Part shown: positions 40,096-52,572 of the stretch, piece after piece
Layout of the letters: every line of letters begins with the position of its first letter
Numbering within the stretch: position 1 is the stretch's first letter
Assembly (NCBI GenBank): GCA_030704615.1
Contig: CM060732.1
Span: 62,806,001-62,870,000 of the forward strand
DNA from: Takakia lepidozioides
Taxonomy: Eukaryota; Plantae; Bryophyta
Direction of reading: 5' to 3'
DNA: 64,000 bases
The notes under the pieces: generated by a model
Told to the model about the DNA's origin: nothing
Databases searched by the model: none
What the model saw: only the letters and a program-made list of their open reading frames with translations
Translations under genes and position numbers: made by a program

Positions 40096-41989
40096 ATGTT
40101 GTGGGGGCAGGAATGGCAATTCAAGAGGAAGCAGTGGGGTGTCCTTGTGACAAGCCTGCGAAACCATTTATATGGAGTAACAAGAACCAAAAAGTGGGGA
40201 ATCAAAGGGACATTGACAGACAAAGAGGAAGTTGAACTGGTAAATTATATTATAGAGATGCAGGAGTATGGGCATCCGCTGACGTTAACACAGTTGCGCT
40301 TGAAGGTCGCAGAGATTTGCCAGGAACGCCAAACACCATTCAAAGACGGTATCCCAGGGTGTGGTTGGGTTAGATGGTTAAAAAATAAGCACCCAGAACT
40401 TTCTTTGCGGCATTCCCAAGGCTTGGAAACAGGACGTGCCAAGGGACTTTGTCCAGCCAATGTCCAATCATTTTATGATAACCTGGCTGAAGTATACAGG
40501 AAACACAACTATTCACCAGAGAGGATTTGGAATTGCGATGAATCAAGGGCTCAAGCAGGGAGGAACGGAGGAGCTTTAGTCATTGCCAAGAAGGGTTCCG
40601 GAAGAGTCCATTCAATTATACCAGACGAGAGGGAATGGCTCTCGGTACTGTCATGTATGAATGCAGGTTGCGGAAAGATTCCAAATTTCTATATTTTCAA
40701 AGGCAAAAGGTTCAGATGGAATTACATAATTCGTTGTGAGAGCGGTGCAACTATGACGATGCAACCAAAGGCTTGGATGACCTCCTTCTTGTTCTCAAAG
40801 TGGATATCTCACTTCATTACAACAGCTGAACGTCTCGGGAATGCCATCACACCACAGAATCGGCACCTGCTCATTCTCGATGGACACAATTCACACGTCA
40901 CTATTCATGTCGTCAAGAAAGCAAAGGAGGTGGGCCTAGATCTCCTCACACTTCCTTCACACACATCACATGCCATGCAGCCCTTGGATGTGTCCGTGTT
41001 TAAGTCATTCAAGACAAACTTTAGAGCATTTCGAGATGTCTAGGCAGCTGCTAATAAAGGAGCTACAGCGAAGAAGGAAGATCTAGCTCAATGGGAGTCA
41101 TTATCTCTTAACAAAGCTCTCAGTTCGGACAACATAAAAAAAAGATTTATGACGACAGGGATATGGCCTATCAATCCAGAAGCAATGGCTCATAAGATGG
41201 GTCCAAGTCAAGGGTTCAGAAATGAAGAGCCGGAGGATCACCCTCAGCCAGGTCCAGAAGAGATACGATCGGCAACCATTGAATTACAAGTCGAGGAAGT
41301 TATGGGGGATCATGTGATACCCTCAACACAAGATCAGCGACAACATTATTTTAGTTGAAAGTGACGCCGAAGTAGATGGTGAAGCCACCAATGAGCAGCC
41401 GAGCACTCAATCCAATAGTATGTCCCCATCAGCTGAAAGAGCTGAACGAGACATGGTTCCTGCATTGATTGGTTGAGACAACATTTCAAACTTCCTAACC
41501 TTGCCAGAAATTCCAGTATCGACACGACGTCAACGACCTGCAGACTCTACCGAACCATTCATTGATTATAGCAAATCGATATTGATGACTTCAGATGATT
41601 ATTTGAGATCATTGGAGCAGAAATCTGCACGGAAAGAGGAAGCAACCAGGCTTAGGGAAGAACGGAGGGCAGCACTAGTTTTGGCCAAGGAACGAAGGGC
41701 AGCTGAGAAGCTTGATAAAGAAAACGCAAAACGCCAGAGGGGTGAGGATCGGTAGGCCATGAAACGATTCAATGAGGCCTATTCTGCAAAGTCCTGCACT
41801 GCGGCTGGAGAGAGGCTCCACGAGGCGATCAGAACACAAGCACCAATCCCTCCTAGCGCGTATAGAGGAGTGTATTACAGGAATGCTCCTCCCATTTGCC
41901 AAAGGAACATGAAAATTGCTATTCAACGTAGAGCAGCGAGGAAAGCCGGACAAGACATTTCAAACTTGCAGCTCATAGAACCTCCCTGA
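40096..41989 (+). pseudogene. pogo/CENP-B-like DDE transposase, disrupted
   Basis: CENP-B HTH (LTDKEEVELVNYI...GWVRWLKNKHP), WNCDE, LILDGHNSH, QPLDVSVF, GIWP. Premature stops. Confidence 0.85.
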
Positions 41990-42040
41990 GTGTACAGACC
42001 ATCTAATCAAAAGTGAAAGGTTGCGGTTATTCAAGGCTTC

Positions 42041-42165
42041 CAGATCTGAAAGGATGCAAGACATGAATGACTAAGATCAGATCTGAAAGGATGGAAGACT
42101 ACGATCAGATCTGAAAGGATGCAAGACTACGATCAGATCTGAAAGGATGCAAGACATGTATGACT
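42041..42165. repeat. Four tandem 28-37 bp units
   Basis: CAGATCTGAAAGGATG(C/G)AAGAC occurs four times. Confidence 0.9.
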
Positions 42166-44456
42166 TACTTACCCAAACTCCAACATACCCTAGACCCAAA
42201 CTTAGAAATTTGAAGGTTTGCGTTGGCTATTCTCTAGTTATTTTTTGATGTGCAAATGTGGTGGCTGTTTGAGCTCGTGTGTTCCTGCATGAGGCTTTGA
42301 CTGTTAGAGAATCCCTTGACCTAGGGGCTCCAAAAACTAAGTTCACATCATTGCTCACCAACTTAGATCTCATTTTATTTTATTGCTGGAAGATCCTGAT
42401 ATGGGTTTCTAATTGAATGCAGAAGGACCATTGTTGGTGAAGAGTAAAAGTTCCCGGAGTATTTGTCTACAGGCTGGCTGGCGCTGCAACCTTTTCATTT
42501 TGTGGTTTTGCTCTATTCTAGAAACGTTCCTTGCTACTGGAAAATGGATACTAGCCATTGTTTCCCATAACTTAGATGGCAGGATTCCAGCACGACTCAA
42601 TGGGAGCAATGAGTTAGAACACAATGCAGATGGGAGTGACATGCAAATTTGATTTAGTCACATGGTGGCCAGCCAATCTATCTAATTTACTTGGAACTGG
42701 TGTGGTGTAACTATTGTGGAATGATCTTTGTTTTTAGGCTTAAATCCACCGGTCCTGTGAAGAATCGGTTGTTTCAAGTTATTTTTAGTCCATTGAGTTC
42801 TGGCCAGCTTTCAGTGTGTAAAACCAAAAAATGTACTTAGGGCTTCCATACAAATTTCACAAGAGTATTTTCTGTCATCAATCTGGGAGAACTTTGTACA
42901 AATTCTGTGAGATTAACATATCTTGGAGCCTGCCAAACAATTTTTTCACAGTAGATATCTTGTCCTCCATTGGCAGATATTTCTGCACATATCAAATGGA
43001 GGAAGAGACGAGAATGAGATCTGCTGGTTAGGTGTAGAAGATGGGTTTGCAGTTGTGGATGCAATGTGGGAAGTTGGCTTGTGGCCCTCACGCATGGCGC
43101 TGGAAGCTCTCCTGACTACATCAAGCTGTGTATGTGTCTGTGAAACAGAGAGTGTCCTGAACTGGTCGTAGTGACCGTTAGCTAAGGTGTACCCTCAGGT
43201 CTCAGTCCAGTCCTCAGAAGACCAGTTCTGGTAGGCTGCATCTACCAGGGAATGACCCTCAGCCCGACATTCACTGACCTCTCACAACCAGTGACAAAGT
43301 TGACTGCAAAGTTGACTAATTAAATTGATCAAATCAGGCATTGTTAATCAAGGCACCTTCTTCAACACATTTCAACCTGTTTTTCCCTCTTAATATAACA
43401 TGGTCCTCAACACTTTTGGCCTGAGAAGTAAGGCAGTTGTGAGCACATCGTTTTGTAAGGTATCGGATACATGAAGCCTGTGTGATTATACCAGAGGTTT
43501 CATTCCTAGTGCGCGAGCAGTTGATCGGATTCCTAACTCTACGTTCGCAGCTGAGTTAGCTCTAACCTAAGGCTAGACTGGTCAATTTAGTTCTTCTCAA
43601 TTGTAGATCATACTGGCGGGAGAAGGAATCGAAACTGGTGGGAGACCGGATCATATCTTGTGATGAGCGATCAGGTTTACGTTTCAGCCTGATCAGTTTT
43701 AGGAAGCGAGGAGATTAGTTTTCTCACGCCATCTGATTATGTTTGAGCAATTTGTGGTCTGATTTTGGCTGGTGGTAGATCACCATGCATATGGACCTGA
43801 TCAGTTTAGTACTTAATCGAACTCAGGTTACTAGAGGAGGAAGGTTAATTTTATATAAGTACACGAGCAGTTTACTGGCAGGAGTTGTGCACATTTTGTA
43901 TATGTATCACTCCATGAAGAGACAAACAACTTACACGTTAAGGACACTGCAGTGTGAGTGTTCAGTTGATTTCCGGTCCAGAATAGAGCCCTCTACTGGC
44001 CCACAATGGGTGTTTTCTGTATTCGCATTTTGAATAATCAACAATATTACGGTTTTTGACATTTGATTTTTGTTTGTTCTGCAACAATTCTTATTTACAT
44101 TTGCCAATATCAGAAAAATATCAGTACCAAAAATGCATCTCTCAACTTTGTTGTGTTTCTTAAATGAGCCAGAATAGGTTCATCTACCTTAGAGGCTGTA
44201 GTGTCCAAAACCATGTCTGTTGCCAAGAAATTGTCTGATGAAAATGAAGTTAAGCAGAAAACTTCCCTGAACTTGTTTCCAGTCTGTGACATGGGAGAGG
44301 CCATCATGGATGACCTCAAGGGTTTACTCACAATCGGCACTAGACTGAAATTTAAACTCGGGGCGGGAAGCCTACCTTTGAACAGCAAACAGATGCAGAG
44401 AGGAAAGAGGGATTGCAGTTGCCCGTTGTGTGGGCGCCTGATATTCATTTTCTGAT

Positions 44457-44842
44457 TCAAACCATTTACCTAACCTCCCTATCACAACACAGCGCCATAT
44501 CCCAAATCATCTGTCCGAACCCGCAATCGGTCTGTCTCTCCACGACAGCTCGCAACCCGTTACCACGCCAAAGAGCTTCGTGCACACCTGACACCCTGTG
44601 CCCCAACAACAAACTCCCAGAACACCAATAAAACACCCCCCGTAGCATAACCCGCCAGACTTCATGCACCTGGATACATACGTCGACTTCATACCCCTGC
44701 CACCTAGAACAGACCACACACCATCGTTGCCCTAATTCGCTCTGCATACATAGCTGCACCAGAATGGTGAGCCCCTGCAATCTCGCACACAAGCCCAGAC
44801 AATTTAGATACTCAGCACGTAGATACAAACTCCCACAATCAG

Positions 44843-44874
<32 letters not shown>

Positions 44875-46263
44875 AGCATTGTCTGTCGTCCGACTGTAGC
44901 ACCCAACCCCCACCTGCCAAATGGCCATATTTGAAGCGCGCCACATGTATAACCCAGATAAAATCAAAATTACCTACGTTCATACCCTCGACCCACGCAG
45001 CTATCACTACATCCGCCCACTGATATTTTCATCCTTAACTGTCACTTCATCCTATTTTCATCCTATTTCAATCCGTAACTGTCACTTCGTCCACTCACAG
45101 TCCCCATCATCCATGCCCAAGCTAGACACCCTTCATCCGCGCATTTACTTCACAAACCCCACCATACAACCTACAAATTATTCCCTCACCACCAGCCATA
45201 AACCCCTAGTCAATTACCACCAAACTCACCCTATTTTCCCATATGCCTACCCCCTCATATTTTACCATGGAAACGCACCATACCTACAGACCGCCACACC
45301 CAAGCTCCCCCCATCTCAAAGCATAGTCTCGCTGCCTCATCTAACTTGCCTGCACATGTCGCTCAAATTCAGATATGCCCAATACATGGGCCACCAGCGC
45401 AAACACATCTTCTGGCCACATCTTTTTCTATCACCCTATTGCCCACTGTGCTCCACAACCCGCCCTGCACGAGACACCTGGCCGCACCTCCTTAGCCAAT
45501 GTACACACCCGATTACACATGGCCTTCATATCACTCGACACAACCAAGCAGTCTGGCATCTCCACAAACTATTCGTCAATCGCGTCGAAGCCCGGTGGTT
45601 CACACTCATGAATGCTGGTACCTACCAAGGGCGACCACCTGACCATACTGTACCGCTGTGGCTACTACCATGCAAATGTACCTGATCACCCTGCTCATGC
45701 CCTGCTAGGCTCTGCCCGGACATACTCATTATCCAGGGACTACCCATTAATGCCCCACCGCCCACGTCACCATCCCCACAATTCACCATCCACTTTATTG
45801 AATTTACCTTTTGCCACGATCGATACCCCAACGACTCAATCTTAGAAAAGCGGCAAAAATATGTTCCACTCATCCTTGCAATTCGACGGCATAGATGGAA
45901 AACCGGCCCGCTCACCGTCATCACTGCTGGCACCCGTGGAGGCATACACAACACCAGTATCAATGATATACACGATAACTTTAAGATCCTCATCCTCCCA
46001 ATTCATCAATGCTTCAAATCAATCCACCTCACCGCACTCCGATCCCTCACAGCTACTATCACCAACAAACGCCAACTAGAATCTAGCTCTTCCAATGCAC
46101 CCTGGGTCCCCCCCCAGGGGGTCCTTAGGACCTCTTTTCCCTGGCTACATGGTGTCCCACAGGACACCTTTCTTTATAGGGCCCACCCCCGAAAGGGGGC
46201 AGTAGCCGCAAGACGAAGTGGCTCTTAGTTACGCCGGCTTCGGCTGGAGTCTTCTCTCTCTCT
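44457..46263 (+). mobile_element. 5'-truncated RLE-type non-LTR retrotransposon with structured 3' end and (TC)n tail
   Basis: CPLC...HLLSQC, RHNQAV, PDILII, HFIEFTFCHD, EKRQKY (CCHC + restriction-like endonuclease). Inserted in LINE copy C with loss of ~140 bp of target. Internal poly-C at ~44843-44874. Confidence 0.85.
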
Positions 46264-47284
46264 AGGCAAAGCACACACAGAAGATTGATGCTTGTATGAA
46301 GGGATTTCTAGAGGATATCTGGAAAAATCCGATTAATAGTGTGCTCCAAGGTAAGTCATACTACCGACGTCAGCCCCTGACAAAGGTAGTTCTATCCCTT
46401 TGTGTTCCGCTCAAACTGAGGGCAGGGTCAATGGCCACAGGGCTACGGCAAACGTTGTCTTATGAATGAAGGGCCTCTATTCCCTTTCTTCTTAAAAAAA
46501 AAACTACAAGGTACAAGAGAGAAAAGAAAAATTAATCATGTGAAGGTCCATAAGGGGACATCAGATATGAGTGTGGTCTGACCACAACCTAGGGCAAGCC
46601 TTACCAAGGCAAAACCGATTCTTTGGGGGAACTAACAAGCCAAAAATTGTGCCTTAGACACCAAAAGCTTACACAAAGGACCTCCAGCAGAGTCAACGAA
46701 GGGGAGCAAAAAAAAACCAAAGCCAGGAGTCCCCACAGCCAGGAGGCCCAGCCTAGAACAAGGAACCTAAACGGTAATGGGCAATAGAACCTGAACGTAG
46801 AAGTGCATAACTATCCACTGACATATTTGTATTTTCAGAGGATCTTCGTTGGCCGAAGGTGCCCTGAATAAAAGTGAAATATTATCATTTGGAATTACTA
46901 TGTAATCTGAGATTACATCTGAAATTGCATCTAACATTGGTTGCAGAGTTTCTGTGAAGACAAATTGCATAATAGACCTTACATTTTGTATTAATTTCAG
47001 CTTTTGGAGATTTGAAGACACCTTTGTTCACCGTATGCACTCTGAAAATCTAAATATTTCAACTTTTTGGAGAATTTAACAAAAGACCAACCCTTGGCAG
47101 GCTTATATGAAAAGATTTAGGCACCCGCATTTTCAATTGGTTTTTCCACTTTTGCTCGCATTTTACATATGTATATACATTTTTATTTTTATTTTTTAAA
47201 CATATGTTTTGCGCAATGCATTTTTAAAAAAAACGTTATGTTGATACTTCTTATTGATTCTACGAATTGAGAAGCAATCGGACA

Positions 47285-47315
<31 letters not shown>

Positions 47316-47619
47316 GATGCTTTTATACTTGGACGGGAGACATTAATGCATAACAATATAATTGGTAGTAATAAGGGGCAAGGTACAACTTGCAAATTTT
47401 TAAGAGAAGATTATTTTGAAGGGGCAAGATTACGTGTCAAAACCTTCGAGTTAATGGACAATAAGGTTTTATATCAAGCGGAGTTGTAGCGGTTTAATGC
47501 ACATGTGTTCCTTTTGTTGTGCGCATACATATCGCAACATAACTACATCGTTGTCCAAACCACACAACACATATATATACAACAAACTAGTCTGTCACAA
47601 TAAAAGGTACTTATACAAA

Positions 47620-48060
47620 CCATAGGGTGCAAGCAGTTATTGACCATGGGTGTGTATGAGTCAGAAGCTTGTAGCCAGATTTCATGTCTAATATCCTCAG
47701 GGTGGGTTAACATATGGCCAAGTCTGTGTTTGATGCAGTCGATAGGTGGGTTGATTGTGGGGTTGAAGATGGCTTTGTGAGCTCTTTTGGGGTGGTCTAA
47801 AGTTGTTAAGCAATATATTATTATTTTTGTTTTAGCGGAACAATATTGAATTCTCATGTACACCTACTCAAAAGTACCAGCACATCTAAGGTGGTTATCC
47901 TGGTTTGCTAGACTACCTACTTCTCCCATATGCATTCTTCCAGCTTGAGTGCATGCAGGCCTAGGTTTAATCTTAAAGAAGGTGATTATTTTGAGCTGGA
48001 AAATAAACTCTGAAAAATAATAACCTATAAGCTTTGCATAGAAGAAATTTTTATCCATAA
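47620..48060 (-). mobile_element. LINE fragment (pre-RT region), between ~80-bp direct repeats at ~47521 and ~48311
   Basis: HPKRAHKAIF...DCIKHRLGHMLTHPEDIRHEI. Repeated AACTACATCGTTGTCCAAACCACA. Confidence 0.45.
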
Positions 48061-48633
48061 CAAGAGTTGAGTCAAGTGTATTCTAAGCTATGGGGAATCC
48101 ATACACGACGCCATAGCCAGACGCAAGATGCTCAACTTGATAAAGTTAATCCTTACTGCGACTGTAGTGAGGATAACCACGCTCAGGTGCCCTAAAAATA
48201 TTTTGATCCCTAGATAGACATTTGGGTCAAGCCCAAGTGTCAATATATAAAAACCATTTATTTCCTAGTTAGTTTCACATTGATATTAAAATTAACTTGA
48301 TAGCTGTCATGCGCATAGTATTGTTACACAACTACATCGTTGTCCAAACCACATAACACATATAAACACAACAAACTAATCTACCACAATTGTCCCCCTA
48401 GCTGGTCATTAGGTCTCTCTAACTCCAGATAACTACAAGATGTAATAATAACCACAGCCTCGCTAAGTCCTCTACCATTGTCCCTATTGTACTCAAATTC
48501 GATAGATCAAGAGGTCAAATACAAGAATAGCCTTATCGTTAGTCGTTGTCTTGCAACCTGTGAACTTGAGCCAAGGATCTCGTGTATTGGACTCCTAGTA
48601 GTTTGGCCCTGTTAAATTTATCCACTCCACACA

Positions 48634-49470
48634 GTGTCATTTGCAAATACATCTACTTGTGGATCATCTTCCAGCCAACCCATTCATTCATTTCCAACCA
48701 GTACAGTTGATTATGTAGAAAACATTATGTCAGTTGTAGAAGAGTCCGTCTGTTTTGACGATGTGTGGTACATAGAGCGGACTTTAGTTGGATCTACAGT
48801 GGGTTGTACAGCTATTAGGGCAATTTTTTTTGTCAAGTGCACTTCAAAAATAGCAAAAAATGCTACCGGCACTCCTGCTCCAATGTTCACAGGGTTGTTT
48901 CCACCATTCATAACGGAAGAGTTGAAGCTTCACAAATTCTGGTTTTGCCCAAATGATTTCACACATCGTGTCACTGGGGACAGTTTATAATGAAGCCCCA
49001 CCCACCTAACATTTGGTCAGTAAAGGCATGAATGTCCCTATCTTCACAAGAGATTATTATGTTAGAGGACGATAGGTTTCTCGTTCCACTTTATCCAATA
49101 TTACCTAAACTTGTCCCAAATGTCGTGTGCTCTTCAAGTTCATCCTGTTGGGGCCAATTTGTTCACCCTGTGAAAAAAAAATGGAAAAAAAGTGCGTCAT
49201 GTTTCGTTAGGTCCAAATCATGGTGCATGGAGTCAGCAAAAAAATTTCAGAAGCGGATGAAAAGTATCATGGCTAATCCTCGCCTTGGCTATGGGCGTGT
49301 GTACACATTAGTCTTCTAGCTCTGTACTTCATGACACAACAGATGAGGTTACGGTGGGGAATTTTCCAAATTACACGTGCCCAGATGTCATATGCATGCT
49401 TTTAGACAGTCTCATGAAGAGAGGGAAATATGTCACGTGCAAACATCTATATTACATCTTTCTCACCAAT
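48634..49470 (+). pseudogene. SWIM zinc-finger protein remnant, probably TE-borne
   Basis: VTVGNFPNYTCPD...GKYVTCKHLYYIF (CxC..CxH, first Cys lost); upstream HKFWFCPND. Broken frames. Confidence 0.65.
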
Positions 49471-49689
49471 TCATTCAATGGATCACTCTATGTTACAACA
49501 CACTTGATATTATTCTCTAGCGGAACAGCTCACAAACAAAGTTTGTCTAAATGGTACTATTCGGGAGCATCTCCATACAGCTTGTGGAAATTGTTTGTCA
49601 TTGATGGTCAATACAACTTTGTTACATTAGTGTCATTTTAATTTGACTTTCATCCAAACATTTGTAGATAACTTAAGACAGGCAGTGGG

Positions 49690-51030
49690 GAGATGAGCAG
49701 GAACGAGTTCAAGGCGAGATTGACCTCGGTGTCCATCTTGAGACGACCTATCAGGGACTGTCCTTTTCAGCTGCGTAAGTATTGGAGCATGTTGGGGCTT
49801 GAAGCGGCGTTCACAAAGGTGGATGATGAGGGAAGAGAGTTCGTAGTGGCTAATGCTCGTCACTCGAACAACGCTACAAAGAAAAAATACAACTTCTACG
49901 AGGAAAAACGCTTAACTATAGTGTGGGCCGTGACACACTTCAGGTGTTACCTATACAACAACCTCTTTACCTTTGTCATGGATCATCAAGCACTCAAGTG
50001 GTTGATGGAGTCAGACAAGCTTACAGGAAAACTTACACAGTGGGCACTTATACTCTAGGAGTATGAGTTTTAGGTGATACATCGACCGGGTGTAGTCAAT
50101 TGGGATGCGGATAGGTTGAGTCGTGATCTATGCACGAGCTAGCAGGATGACACTGGAGCTCGGTGGCATGCTGAGACGAACGAGGAGATGGTGCCGGCCG
50201 GATGGCACCAGGATGACATGCATTTGCATTTTTGTGTATCTTGGCAGCGGAAGACCATGTTGGACCGACAACAGGGATGATTGTAGACAAAGTGTCTGAG
50301 GACCCTGAGGCTACCGACGAGTTAGGTGACGCATAAATGTACATGAGGATTCAATTGTGTTGGACTATCTCCATACTAGAGACACGACAACCATAATGAC
50401 TGCCAAGGAGAGGGATTGGATCCTGCAACGAGCCGAAGGTTCAAGTGGGAAGGGATACACCTCCTCCGAGTGTGGAAGGATGGTCGGATGAGGATTATGC
50501 CTCATCCAACATAACGAGCAGTACAGTTAGTACGACATGCCCATGAGGAGTTGGGGCATTTTGGGGTGCAACGCCCTCACACTTTACTGCAAGGGCTATA
50601 TTGGTGGCGTGGTATAAACACAGAGGTACAACAATTTGTGGCTAGATGCATGGTATGTGACAGGGTGCGTGCCTCATTCAATACCATACAACAAAATTGC
50701 ATCATCTTCTGAGCATTGGATTGGCCCGCCAGTGGAGTCTTGACTTTACAAGGCCATTACCACTAATCACAACAAGTACGTGTTGGTGATGGTGGAGCAC
50801 TTGTGCAAGTGGATCGAGTTGGTTCCATTGCCTGACAAGGCTAGTGAGGGGGCTGTATATGCATTTTTGGATTGTGTACTTAGCCAATTTGATGCTCCAC
50901 TTGAAGTACTCATGGACCAAGGTAGAGAGTTCTTAGGGGAGTTTCAGACGTTGTGTGACAAAACCTTGATAGACCACCGTACCACTTCTCGGAATCATCC
51001 CGAGGTCGATGGCTTGGAAGAGAGAGTTAC
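49690..51030 (+). mobile_element. Decayed Ty3/Gypsy pol fragment (RNase H + integrase)
   Basis: VWAVTHFRCYLY...DHQALKWLM...WALIL; HEELGHFG; VLMDQGREF; HPEVDGLEER. Confidence 0.85.
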
Positions 51031-51318
51031 ACAATGCTTATCTTCATGTTCGTGAAGTTGGGGCCCGGGGATGTGAGTCTGTATTGCCTTGCAGCAAAGA
51101 AAGCCACGATTATCAACAATTGTGGTTTTGCCTACTGAAAAAAATGAGAGTTTCCATGGACCTACAATATTTCTCTCAGCCTACTTATAGTCTATCATGT
51201 CTATTATTTCTATAACAGATATGTTCGGAATGTTTCCATCCTTGAAAAAGTCTTGAGTGCCACTTTTGATTTCTTGATATCTGGTTCATCATTGGTAATC
51301 AACATACAATGTTTATAG

Positions 51319-52030
51319 CGGATTTTGCGGGACTGGAGCATTGTACATTTTCCAGAGTGTGGATGGTACCTGCAAGGACTTCCCGCCCTCATGATTTTGA
51401 CCTAAGAGAATCATAATGACAACGCTTCTGTTCTTGCACCACTCAGTGATTGGGAGATTTATGTGCGCAACACACAGACATTGGCCACGCGTGAGCCTGT
51501 CAAATACGACACTCCATAGAAGACCAAAAAAGACAAGTGAAATGAGACTGACTAGCTTATGGCCTAGCAATCTACCCCTCCACGGTAGGGCAACAATCAG
51601 ATTGATGCACAAAAAGAAAATGGATTACCTCGGCCTGTGGAGCGTTCGTACAATGTCCGTCCCCACCCTATAAGAGTCATTTTGTCAAGCCAACAGAAGC
51701 TTGTCAACGAGAGCTTCATCGCCATGATGGAAACTCGACATGGCTCCTGCACGTGCACTCTGTCACTGATGGGGGACACTCTAGGTTTTATATCTCACTA
51801 CATACTCCATTAATTGACACTTATGTTCGTCTTCGCTGGGCGATTATATTGCTAGCATGCCTTTGTAAAATGTAACTTTATGTTCGTTGGTTTTCACACC
51901 TTTCTAAAGGACAATCCTGCACGGTGAATGGTGAGGAGAAAGAGTTCGCGCCAGAACTTGTCATTGTTGACATTTCAGATGGACAATCGGTTCCTAATTT
52001 TCCGATGCACCAACTTAGAATGCTCATGAT
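51319..52030 (+). pseudogene. Beta-class amino-methyltransferase-like gene, copy 1 (truncated)
   Basis: ILRDWSIVHFPECGWYL, PLSDWEIYVRN, LVNESFIAMME and VNGEEKEFAPELVIVDISDG are collinear with copy 2. Confidence 0.6.
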
Positions 52031-52249
52031 ATTGGTTCTGCGCCTACTTTCTTGCAAATGATAGAGCTTTGGTGCTAATCTAGTTATCTTCCTCTGAGTC
52101 CCTTCGAGGGCTTGCAACTTACATCAAGAATTGGAGTACTAGTCTCCACTAAACATCATTTGGCCTTCCTAAGCTGTCTCACAACATGAAAGCTGTCAAG
52201 AAAAAAAAAAAAAAAAAAAACCATTTTAAATCTCATGCCTTAGATTATG

Positions 52250-52572
52250 TACATAGCTGAATACATCATTATGTGTCTCAATGTTGATTTTCGCAGTGTT
52301 GTTCACTTTCACATTGGAGCTAAAGTGTGTTATTGATGTGCACCCCATCCACATATAGTCATGCACACAGACCTTTGATATATTCTAGAAAGATTCGTCC
52401 ATTGCAAATAAAAAATCAAATTTGTGAGTTTGTTTATGTACATACTCGAATACATCATTGTCTGTCTCAATGTTAAGTTTGACAATGTCATTCACTTCAG
52501 GTTAGAGATGAAGTGTATTGTTGAAGTGAACTCCCTCTACATACAGTTATGCACATAGACCTCTTGGACATA
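52250..52572. repeat. Two diverged ~130-bp direct repeats
   Basis: GAATACATCATT...GTCTCAATGTT...ATGCACA.AGACCT repeated with ~190-bp period. Confidence 0.7.

Larger units (their letters stand above)
32228..44189. mobile_element. ~12 kb TIR-bounded DNA transposon / composite
   Basis: TIR GGTAGATGAACCTA(A)TTC at 32229 and its reverse complement ending 44188. Splits LINE copy C precisely, duplicating TA (or TTA). Confidence 0.75.

Noticed and set aside
42041-42165. CRISPR-like array
   Set aside because: Units are nearly abutting with no unique spacers; eukaryotic context and no cas genes.
43169-43833. Solo LTR with TAGTGACC/GGTTACTA ends
   Set aside because: Short imperfect inverted ends and no clear TSD.
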